Source: Deltaproteobacteria bacterium (lineage in GTDB: Bacteria; Desulfobacterota; Desulfobacteria; Desulfobacterales; G020354645). Taken from it: a stretch of DNA of 64,000 bases. The stretch is taken from the NCBI GenBank assembly GCA_020354645.1, contig CP070652.1, forward strand, positions 292,818 to 356,817, in the 5' to 3' direction. How positions within the stretch are numbered: the stretch's first letter is position 1; every line of letters begins with the position of its first letter. The position numbers were made by a program, and so were the translations under genes. This document shows positions 29,203 through 37,411 of this stretch, one piece after another. The notes under the pieces were generated by a model that was given only the letters and a program-made list of their open reading frames with translations, was not told the origin of the DNA and did not search any database.

Positions 29203-29514
29203 GATTTGCGCCTGAAACAAAGATACTTTTCGAGCATCAGAAAAATATGTCTATCGACTTGGATGCGCAATCGACATCCGGTAATCAATACAGCTAGGGT
29301 AACTTTTTGTAGGACCAATATAGCAATCCTGAACATCGGGCAAAGGGAGGTGAGGCTCAAAGCAAAACCGCCGCCTTGAGCAACCTGGTTAATTATCCAA
29401 ACAGTTTATAGGCCGGAGCAATTCACTTTCAAATTGATGAAAATATCAAAACGTTTTCTTTAAACTATCATAACGAGGCAGTGTCTAATTTTATTTACTG
29501 ATAAGGAGGAGAAT

Positions 29515-30756
29515 ATGAGAAGAATATTAATTTTGGGGTCAGGAGCCGGCGGAACCATGATGGCCGCTGGCTTGCGGAAACATTTGAATAGCGCCGAATG
29601 GCAAATCACCATCATCGACAATAATGAAATCCACCATTACCAGCCGGGGTGGCTGTTTATTCCATTTGGTGTCTACACTGCAGAAGATTGTCAGAAACCC
29701 AAACGGGAATTCATTCCTAAGGGCGTCGAATTTGTCCTGGATGAAATTGTAGGGGTCAATCCGAATACCAAGGAGGTGGAAGGCAAGAAAGACAATTATA
29801 AATACGATTGGCTGATTGTCGCCACCGGTGTCCGGATTATGCCCGAGGAAGTTGAAGGCATGATGGACGGTTGGGGTGACGATATCCATAATTTCTACAC
29901 CTTGGAGGGTGCAGTGGCGCTTAGAAAAAAGTTGAAATACTTCAAATCCGGTCGGGTGGTTTTGAACGTAGCCGAATTGCCATACAAATGCCCTGTGGCC
30001 CCGCTGGAGTTCATCTTCATGGCCGATTGGTTCTTCACCGAGAATGGGGTCCGCGACGATGTGGAAATTGAACTGGTAACGCCCGTAGCCGGCGCTTTCA
30101 CCAAACCCATCGCTTCCAGAATTTTAGGTGATATCGCGGTACAAAAAAATATTAAAGTAACCCCGAACTATGACATCGCCAAGGTTAACCACGGTGAAAA
30201 AACCATCGAATCCCATAAGGGCGAGAAGGTTTCCTATGATTTACTGATTGCTGTTCCGCCTAATTTTGGTGCCCAGTGGGTCGAGGACTCCGGCATGGGC
30301 GACCCAATGTGTTATGTTGATACCGATCATTTCACACTCAAAGCCAAAGACTACGATAATATTTATGTTATCGGCGATGCCACCAATGTTCCCACCTCCA
30401 AAGCCGGAGCCGTTGCCCATTACGAGTCCGAAACAATCGTCGAAAATTTGATCAGAGAGATCGAAGGCCAAACTCCTAAAGCGACTTTTGACGGCCATGC
30501 CACCTGCTTTATTTGCTCCGGCTATGAAAAAGCGGTTCTGATCGACTTTAATTATGAATATGAGCCTCTGCCCGGCAAATTTCCCTTCCCGGGACTCGGC
30601 CCATTTTCACTCCTTGGAGACAGTAACTTTAATTACTGGGGCAAAATGATGTTCAAATGGGTCTATTGGAACCTTATGCTCAAGGGTGTGGAATTGCCTC
30701 TGGAGCAACAACTGACATTGGCCGGCAAGATGCGGCACGTCCCGGTAACAGAATAG
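29515..30756 (+). CDS. FAD-dependent pyridine-nucleotide-disulfide oxidoreductase, SQR/NDH-II-like
   Basis: 413 aa. N-terminal ILILGSGAGG dinucleotide fold and a second motif IYVIGDA. Strong AAGGAGG Shine-Dalgarno. Followed by a DUF1641-type partner, which is the usual pairing. Confidence 0.7.
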   Translation: MRRILILGSGAGGTMMAAGLRKHLNSAEWQITIIDNNEIHHYQPGWLFIPFGVYTAEDCQKPKREFIPKGVEFVLDEIVGVNPNTKEVEGKKDNYKYDWLIVATGVRIMPEEVEGMMDGWGDDIHNFYTLEGAVALRKKLKYFKSGRVVLNVAELPYKCPVAPLEFIFMADWFFTENGVRDDVEIELVTPVAGAFTKPIASRILGDIAVQKNIKVTPNYDIAKVNHGEKTIESHKGEKVSYDLLIAVPPNFGAQWVEDSGMGDPMCYVDTDHFTLKAKDYDNIYVIGDATNVPTSKAGAVAHYESETIVENLIREIEGQTPKATFDGHATCFICSGYEKAVLIDFNYEYEPLPGKFPFPGLGPFSLLGDSNFNYWGKMMFKWVYWNLMLKGVELPLEQQLTLAGKMRHVPVTE

Positions 30757-30766
30757 GGAGGCGGCT

Positions 30767-31441
30767 ATGACAAACGAAGAATTGATTTTAGAACGACTTG
30801 ACCGTGTTGAGACCCAATTGGCGCCATTGGTGGAGACTGCCAAGAGCGTCAGAGAACTTCGGGATGATTTAATTCCTTTGAGCGCCCAGGCCTTCAGGCT
30901 TTTAATTACAGAACTGGAGGATATTGAATCCGGTTTCCAACTAGAAGACTTTATGGCCATGGTGAAGACGCTTATGAGAAGCGTCAGGAACATCACATTC
31001 ATGGCGGAACAACTAAATAATATTGTCGACTTTGTCACAACAATCGAACCCCTATTGAGATCTTCCGTCCCCCAACTGATTAATTATCTGGATGACCTGG
31101 AGCAAAGAGGGGTATTGCGGATGTTTACCGCAATGCTGGATGTCCGTGCCAAGATCGCTGCAGCATATACCCCTGAAGACATCGATAAAATCGGTGATGG
31201 GGTGGTGGCCTTACTCGGTGTGGCAAAAAGACTCAGCGATCCCCAAGTAGCGGCATTCGTGGAGAAAATTGCTGAAATGCCGAGTCACGTGAACCTGTCA
31301 AAATCCAAGGACGTTGGTCCGTTTGGCCTTTTTTCAGCAGCCTCCAGTAAAGAGGTTAAGCAAGGATTGGGGGTTATGATGGAGTTGACAAAAGCAATGG
31401 GCAAACTAAAAAGCAACGGAGGGATAGCCCCTGCCGCATGA
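30767..31441 (+). CDS. DUF1641-like helical protein
   Basis: 224 aa. Repetitive helical segments (LDRVETQLAPLVETAKSVRELRDDL, IVDFVTTIEPLLRSSVPQLINYLDDLEQRGVL). GGGAGG Shine-Dalgarno. Position immediately after the SQR/NDH-II-like gene. Confidence 0.55.
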   Translation: MTNEELILERLDRVETQLAPLVETAKSVRELRDDLIPLSAQAFRLLITELEDIESGFQLEDFMAMVKTLMRSVRNITFMAEQLNNIVDFVTTIEPLLRSSVPQLINYLDDLEQRGVLRMFTAMLDVRAKIAAAYTPEDIDKIGDGVVALLGVAKRLSDPQVAAFVEKIAEMPSHVNLSKSKDVGPFGLFSAASSKEVKQGLGVMMELTKAMGKLKSNGGIAPAA

Positions 31442-31560
31442 TTTGGCGTATTATTCCTGGCGGAATGCTCTCAGGATAGCATTTTTGCGTGATCAAGACT
31501 CGATTATCGGAAGCCGATGCTAACATGAGGTCTCCCTCGTGCCTCAGGAAAGGGGATGTT

Positions 31561-31992
31561 ATGAAAAAGCAAATGGTTCAATGTGAGGATGGGAGGAGAA
31601 GACAAGCAAGAATCTATGGTGAACCCAGGGAAGATGGGGGCTTTGAGATATGGAAATCCGCCGTGAGGGTCAAAGGAAAACACGTATCAGGAGAAGCCTG
31701 GCATAGCCGCAAAACCAGGACCTGGTATTTCTTGACAAGTCCTGAAGGCAAAAACAGTCATCTATTGTACCGTAGTCACAAAGATTCCATAAAGAAGATG
31801 AAAAAGGAACTGGACGCCCTTAAGACCCGGCATAAAAAAGAATGGAATAAACTTGCGGAGCACCGAATAAAAATGGTTGCCATCGAGTCTGAAATCAAAG
31901 CCCTTGAACAGAATATATCGAATCTAATGAAGCGAATACCCATAGAATCCAGTCAAAATTTGGTACGCTCACGACATATCCGGACGCGATAA
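31561..31992 (+). CDS. Hypothetical basic protein with C-terminal coiled coil
   Basis: ORF with an AGGGGA Shine-Dalgarno upstream of the ATG at 31561 (MKKQMVQCEDG). The track ORF begins at 31489. No recognisable family. Confidence 0.35.
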   Translation: MKKQMVQCEDGRRRQARIYGEPREDGGFEIWKSAVRVKGKHVSGEAWHSRKTRTWYFLTSPEGKNSHLLYRSHKDSIKKMKKELDALKTRHKKEWNKLAEHRIKMVAIESEIKALEQNISNLMKRIPIESSQNLVRSRHIRTR

Positions 31993-32439
31993 TTAAACCA
32001 GTTGGTTATTGGAATGGAAAAACCCGTCTGCCGCCAACAACACCGAAGTTTTATTTATTCTCCATAACAAAATTCTATCAATTCATCGCTCTCCACCTTT
32101 ATGCGATGCGTTGCAGGCGAAGCGGCCAGTTGACGCGTCGCCAGCAATATGCGAAATTGTCATCCAAAAAGCAGCCGGTGCACTTAAAAACCTCCGACAT
32201 TTTATCCCGCCATCCAATCATTCGAATTTATCCTATGCCCTCTCTTATTATGAAGGGACGTGCAGGACTCAGTGGTAGGCGCTGTATTCCATTAGAGCCG
32301 CCTGCTCGACTTTCTTGTTCCAAAATTTATAATTCGTGATTACGAACAAAACTATGGCATTAATCGGATATATAATATTGACAGAGGCTATCGATTAATT
32401 TAGCTATAAATCTTTTGCGCGTGAATTCGAATTTACAAA

Positions 32440-33696
32440 GTGAGTTCAATTACAATGGCGGATGGTAAGGTTCTGATAATTGGCGGTGGGGTCGCAGGTC
32501 TTTCTGCAGCCTTAGGACTGGCACGACTTGGCCTCGAAGTCCAAATAGTTGAAAAGAAAAGCTTTCTGGGTGGCCACGCCATTAGATTTTCGTGCAAAGC
32601 CACGGACAGATGCGTGAAATGCGGTGCCTGTAGGGTGGAAGAAACACTAAAAAATGTGACAAATAATCCGAAAATCAAAGTATGGACAGAGACCCGTGTT
32701 ATTAATGTCTCCAAGGCGAACACATTTACGATACATCTGTCCAAGCGACCAGAATATATCAACCCCCGGAAGTGCACCCGATGTGGTGCCTGCTTTGATC
32801 AATGTCCAGAGTCTGGAGCTCTCATCCAGGGACATTCTAACTACAATTTCCCATTCATCGCCATCTATGAAGAAAAATGCAGATTTATGCGGGATCGTTC
32901 GTGTTGCATATGCCAGGAGATTTGCCCTGAAGCAGCGATCCAACTCGATGGAAACAGCCAACAGAAAGTATATCTTGCGGATGCAATAATAATAGCTACA
33001 GGTTTCCAGCCCTTCAATCCTGAAAGTAAGCCTTATGGATATAATTCATTTCCAAACGTCATCACCAACCTGCAACTGGAAGAGATGCTCAAACGGGAAA
33101 GCATCGTGTTAAGACCCTCTGATAATACGATTCCTAAAAAGATCGCATTCATCCAATGTGTGGGAAGCAGAGATGCGAAGCTCAATCATTTATGGTGTTC
33201 AAAAGTATGTTGTGCCTCGGCACTTCGCTTGGCGAGATTGATCAAAAGTAGACAACCAGAAATTGAAATTTCATTTTTCTACATTGATGTCCAGACATTC
33301 GGTAGAGATTTTCAGGCATTTTATGCGGCTGTGCAAAATGAGGTGCGCATGATCCGCAACATACCCGGTGATATTTACCAAACGGAGGATAAACGCTTGC
33401 AAGTCAATTTTTACGATGCCGCATTGGCTGTTACCCAAGAGGAAATATTCGATATGGTGGCATTATCCATTGGCATCACGCCATCTTCTGAATTGAATAA
33501 AATGGTTGAATTGTTTGAATTGAGGCTCGATGAAACGGGTTTTGCCTTTGGATCCGGAGAAACGCAATGGTTTTCAGTCCCGGGAGTTTACACGGCCGGA
33601 ACAGCATCCGGCCCCATGAGTATCGCCGATACGATTGCAAGTGCCAGCCAGGCGGTGACGGCAGTCGCAAAATTATTGCGTCAAAAAGCAGGCTGA
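32440..33696 (+). CDS. HdrA-like FAD- and FeS-containing oxidoreductase
   Basis: VLIIGGGVAGLSAAL FAD fold. Cys clusters CVKCGAC, CTRCGACFDQCP and CCICQEICPEAAI. HdrA signatures FIQCVGSRD and WCSKVCC. The start may instead be the ATG at 32455 (MADGKV). Confidence 0.8.
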   Translation: MSSITMADGKVLIIGGGVAGLSAALGLARLGLEVQIVEKKSFLGGHAIRFSCKATDRCVKCGACRVEETLKNVTNNPKIKVWTETRVINVSKANTFTIHLSKRPEYINPRKCTRCGACFDQCPESGALIQGHSNYNFPFIAIYEEKCRFMRDRSCCICQEICPEAAIQLDGNSQQKVYLADAIIIATGFQPFNPESKPYGYNSFPNVITNLQLEEMLKRESIVLRPSDNTIPKKIAFIQCVGSRDAKLNHLWCSKVCCASALRLARLIKSRQPEIEISFFYIDVQTFGRDFQAFYAAVQNEVRMIRNIPGDIYQTEDKRLQVNFYDAALAVTQEEIFDMVALSIGITPSSELNKMVELFELRLDETGFAFGSGETQWFSVPGVYTAGTASGPMSIADTIASASQAVTAVAKLLRQKAG

Positions 33697-33786
33697 TCAT
33701 ATTTGTTCCGGGAAAATTGCCGGTAAATAAAACGAATGGATAGGTAATAAATGCTTTCAAAACAGATTTGAAAAAGGCGAGACAAC

Positions 33787-35370
33787 GTGGATAAAACAAT
33801 CCTGATAATCGGCAATGGAAACTGCGCACAAAGAATTGCAGAAAATCTTCTCGTTCAGGGTGTAAATGTGATTATTGCCTCGAAGGATCAACACTTCGAA
33901 TTCGCTTTGTCCTCCGCTGCCAAGCGTCAAACCTGGGGATCAATTGAAATCTTAACCCCCACCTCAGTACTGGCTTGTTATGGTTTTATCGGCCTATTTG
34001 ATATTTTGTTCCAAAGTGCCAGGGAAAAAATTCGCCGTAACGCATCCATCATCATTATTGCCGAAGACTATGAACTAAAACCCAATTTCGACCTATATGA
34101 TCTCAATCCGTCTGTTTATGTATGGTCACTTTCACAAATCAATGAATCCGTGAACGGTTTACAGCATTTAAAAAAAAATCTTCCCATAGGTTCAAAGATA
34201 GCCTTTCTCACCGGATTGATAAAAGAAAGCAACGCTGTAATCCAGGAAAACGTCATGCGGACCGCTTTGCGACTTCAATTGGATCTTGAACTGCAAACCT
34301 ACATTTTTACAGGAAACCTTAAAGTGTCCGGAAAGGGTCTCGAGGCTCTGTCCCGGGAATTAAAAAAAGCCGGTGCCGTCATTAGCAAATTTACCAAAAA
34401 CATTCCTCAAATCATTCAAAACAGGGACGGCAGCATAAGCATCACGTATCTCGATGAAGTCACCTTGCAACATTTTATCCTGATCCCGGATATAACAGTT
34501 GTTGATGAAACAATCTACCCATCGAACTATCTGCCCCATTTGGCAGACGTATTTGGTCTGGAAACCGATCTGCTCGGATTTCTTCAGGCCGACAATGTCC
34601 ATCGGATTCAGACACACACAAACCGCAAAGGGATACTTGCAGCCGGACCTTCTAAAGCCGTTCAGAGTATCGCAGACCATCTAAGTGACGCTGACGGTGC
34701 TGCCCAAACTGCTATTGAGTTTTTAAGGGGCTCATTTTTCCAAACCCGGTATACAGCAGAAATAAATACAGGAATGTGCGTGCGTTGCTTGACCTGTTTA
34801 CGATTGTGTCCTCATCATGCAATTTCTTTTGGTGCAAAACTTGGGGTCATCCTTGAGGCCTGTGAGGGTTGTGGATTATGTGCCGCCGAATGCCCTGCAA
34901 CTGCCATCAGCCAGCAGCATTTGCAGGATAATATCATCAATCAAAATTTTTTGAACAGGCCAAAACAAATAGACCCTGCTTCGCCATCAATCGTAGCCTT
35001 CTGCTGCGGTCGATCTGCCGTCCCGTGCGCTGAACTGGCCCGTTGCATGCGGCATAAACTTCCGCAGGGATTGTTCATTGTTGAGGTGCCTTGCGCATGC
35101 AGTATATCAATTGAATACATTCTAACTGCCTTTACCAACCTGGCAGAAGGTGTCCTCGTTCTGACCTGCCATGAAGGCAACTGCTATTCCGAAAAAGGAA
35201 TACTCTTTGCGAACAATCGCACAAATCAGGTTTTGGATTTTTTCGAGCAAACAACGTCATCCGGAAAGCGGATTGAAATGCACACAATAGCTTCTAATAT
35301 GGGTACAGAGTTTTTTGAGATTGTAAATCAGTTTGAGAAAATGTTAATTGATATGGGTCCACTGCATTAA
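33787..35370 (+). CDS. Fusion protein: degenerate HdrA-like Rossmann domain + 2x[4Fe-4S] ferredoxin + MvhD-like domain
   Basis: ILIIGNGNCAQ at the N-terminus. CVRCLTCLRLCP and CEGCGLCAAECP ferredoxin motifs. C-terminal VAFCCGRSAVPCAE...VPCACSI...LVLTCHEGNCYSEKG is typical of the methyl-viologen-reducing hydrogenase delta subunit (MvhD). Confidence 0.75.
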   Translation: MDKTILIIGNGNCAQRIAENLLVQGVNVIIASKDQHFEFALSSAAKRQTWGSIEILTPTSVLACYGFIGLFDILFQSAREKIRRNASIIIIAEDYELKPNFDLYDLNPSVYVWSLSQINESVNGLQHLKKNLPIGSKIAFLTGLIKESNAVIQENVMRTALRLQLDLELQTYIFTGNLKVSGKGLEALSRELKKAGAVISKFTKNIPQIIQNRDGSISITYLDEVTLQHFILIPDITVVDETIYPSNYLPHLADVFGLETDLLGFLQADNVHRIQTHTNRKGILAAGPSKAVQSIADHLSDADGAAQTAIEFLRGSFFQTRYTAEINTGMCVRCLTCLRLCPHHAISFGAKLGVILEACEGCGLCAAECPATAISQQHLQDNIINQNFLNRPKQIDPASPSIVAFCCGRSAVPCAELARCMRHKLPQGLFIVEVPCACSISIEYILTAFTNLAEGVLVLTCHEGNCYSEKGILFANNRTNQVLDFFEQTTSSGKRIEMHTIASNMGTEFFEIVNQFEKMLIDMGPLH

Positions 35371-35417
35371 ATAATACCATCTGTACTGTAAAGGATTTGT
35401 GAGGTTAAGATTGCTAA

Positions 35418-36638
35418 ATGTCAAATACTTCTGAAAAATTCCTTATCAATCTTTTAGATCATGGCTGCTTTAAATCGTGGACGTTTTCACAAGATGTATG
35501 TCTTACTTGCGGAATATGTTCGAGTTGTTGTCCGGCTTCCGGTATCGACGGCTTCGATCCACGAAAACTTGTTCGGATGGTGGCCCTCGGACTGCAAGAT
35601 GAAGTTGTTGAAGCCAGATGGCCATGGATATGCACGATATGTGCGAAGTGTGAAAACGTTTGCCCGATGGATATCGATATCTCCAATATCGTAAGAAGGG
35701 TTCGGTCTTTAAGAGACCGAGACAGAGTGCCGGGTGTACTTCAAAAAGGGGTTGAGATGGCCCTGAAAACCGGAAACATTCTCGGCCTGCCAAAAGAAGA
35801 TTTTATTTTCATCGTTGAAGATGTCGCTGCAGAATTGGCCGAAGAACCCGGCTTTGAAGAGTTTAAGGTTCCCATCGACAAAAAGGGGGCCAATATCCTG
35901 TGTACGATTCACAATAAATTGGTGAATACACATACTGAGGATCTTAAACACTGGTGGAAAATCTTTTATGCTGCTGGGGAAGATTGGACAATATCTTCTG
36001 ATTATTGGGAAGGATGTAACTGGGGATACTTCACCGGAGATGATATGGCCAGCAAGACCATGGTAGGCCGCATTGCTGAAAATCTGAAAAAGCTTGAGAT
36101 AAAAAATTTCCTCTGGTGTGAATGAGGCCACTCCTATTTGGCGACCAGGTCTGGTTTTGAAAGGTGGTACCCTGAAGCCCTCAAAAAGTTAGGCACTTAT
36201 ACCGTTTTTGATCTGATTATAAAATATATCAAAGAAGGCAGAATCACGCTGGATAAGTCCAAGTTCGACATGCTGATAACCTATCATGATCCCTGCCATT
36301 ATGGTCGTAAAGCTGAGAAACTTTTTGGGCATGGGTATTTTGAAGAACCACGTTGGATACTTGACCAGTGTGTTGAGAATTGGGTCGACCTGTATCCTGC
36401 AAGAGACAATCAGATTTGCTGTGGCGGAGGTGGCGGGGCCCTTACCACTGGATATAACCAAGAACGAATATATTACGGTAGGAAAAAAATGGAACAGATC
36501 AAGGCTACGGGGGCAACAATGATCGTTGTCCCCTGCGACAGTTGTCATAGCCAATTAAATAATCTGAAAAAAGAATACGAAATGGATAATCTTCAGGTTA
36601 AATATCTTTGGGAGCTGGTGGCCGATTGTCTTATTTGA
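35418..36638 (+). CDS. HdrD/HdrCB-like FeS oxidoreductase, predicted selenoprotein (in-frame UGA at 36123-36125 read as Sec)
   Basis: The track ORFs 35418..36125 and 36138..36638 share one frame and are separated only by TGA plus four sense codons. The N-terminal part has HdrC-like motifs CLTCGICSSCCP and CTICAKCENVCP. The C-terminal part has a CCG domain (DPCHYGRK, CCGGGGG, PCDSCH). A SECIS-like hairpin follows the TGA. Read-through gives ...NFLWCE-U-GHSYLATRSG... Confidence 0.7.
36133..36164 (+). promoter_or_regulatory. Bacterial SECIS-like hairpin (selenocysteine insertion signal)
   Basis: Lower stem CCU(A)UUU (36133-36139) pairs with GAAAGG (36159-36164). Upper stem ACCA (36144-36147) pairs with UGGU (36152-36155). 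Apical loop GGUC (36148-36151). The apical CCAGGUCUGG closely resembles the E. coli fdhF SECIS minihelix GCAGGUCUGC. The loop lies 23 nt after the UGA. Confidence 0.6.
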
Positions 36639-37023
36639 CACTAACAACTGGACAATGGGCTTTCAAAATCACATATTGAGCGGTTGAACCCATCAGGAGT
36701 TTGCCTACTTTTGATCTTCTTTTAACACCGACCATAATTTCATCGACATTATTTTCCCTGGCAAATTCAACGATGTCCTCTCCTGGTGACAACCCGCGAA
36801 TCAGCAAATGCGTTTTACAGGAAATGTTTTCCTGTTCCAAAAGGGTTTTTGCATATTCAAGTCCGCGTTCGGCCTGCTCAATGTCTTCACGTTCGTTTTC
36901 AGTACCCTTGGCCATTGAAGTCACAACATCTACGAAGGCCTTGAAGGTTTTAGCGTGGCTTTTAGCCAAATCCAATGCTTCTTTGGCCACATTGGAACCA
37001 TCGTATCCAACCAATATCTTCAT
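36631..37023 (-). CDS. Universal stress protein (UspA family)
   Basis: MKILVGYDGS, DEIMVGVKRRSKVGKLLMGSTAQYVILKAHCPVVSV. GGGAGA Shine-Dalgarno upstream of the internal ATG at 37023. The 3' end overlaps the convergent hdrD-like stop by 8 nt. Confidence 0.85.
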   Translation of the reverse strand: MKILVGYDGSNVAKEALDLAKSHAKTFKAFVDVVTSMAKGTENEREDIEQAERGLEYAKTLLEQENISCKTHLLIRGLSPGEDIVEFARENNVDEIMVGVKRRSKVGKLLMGSTAQYVILKAHCPVVSVK

Positions 37024-37411
37024 AGCACAATCTCCCATTAAAAATTGATAGCTAACTTAAAGCAAAGACAGCTATAGATCAAAGACTTCCAAAATTAGCG
37101 CACCAATATAACCCATATGATGATTCAGTGTCAATCTATACATCCTTATGGAGAATTCAACACCAAGGAGAAAATAGAAACTCCCTGTCCCCACCGTTGG
37201 AGCCTTCCCTTGTCTCCCCTTCAAAGGCAAGGCTTAACGGGTAGCAAATCGTTCAACCACGGCTCACACGGCGGGCAGCCTGAATTTTTGAAACAGATCA
37301 AAAAAAAGCGCATAAGTGCTTCAACGGTTGAACTTGCAGTCGGATGTGAAATACCCGGTCTGTAAGGCAAGAAAGCAAGGTTTGCTTAGATTAGGATTAA
37401 ATGAGAAGACA

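Noticed and set aside
32009-32339. Two overlapping ORFs (89 and 77 aa) in the 447-nt gap upstream of the HdrA-like gene.
   Set aside because: They have no Shine-Dalgarno, their amino-acid composition is odd, and they overlap each other in different frames. The region is more likely a promoter or leader. A weak TTGACA lies at 32378, but I could not support a specific feature.
33694-33789. A possible second Sec read-through. The HdrA-like ORF ends in TGA (33694-33696) and the next ORF (33787) is in the same frame.
   Set aside because: The 90 nt between them contain several further in-frame stops (TAA at 33724-33726, then more TAA and TGA codons). The two are therefore separate genes.
36138-36638. 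Independent 166-aa ORF starting at TTG 36138, as listed in the ORF track.
   Set aside because: It is in the same frame as 35418..36125, separated only by TGA plus four sense codons. It has no Shine-Dalgarno. It encodes only the second half of an HdrD-type CCG architecture. A SECIS-like hairpin spans its supposed start. It is better explained as the C-terminal part of a selenoprotein.
37117-37365. An 82-aa ORF between the usp gene and the TPR-module gene.
   Set aside because: It has no ribosome-binding site and no recognisable motif. It lies in a region expected to hold the usp promoter and the terminator of the large minus-strand gene.
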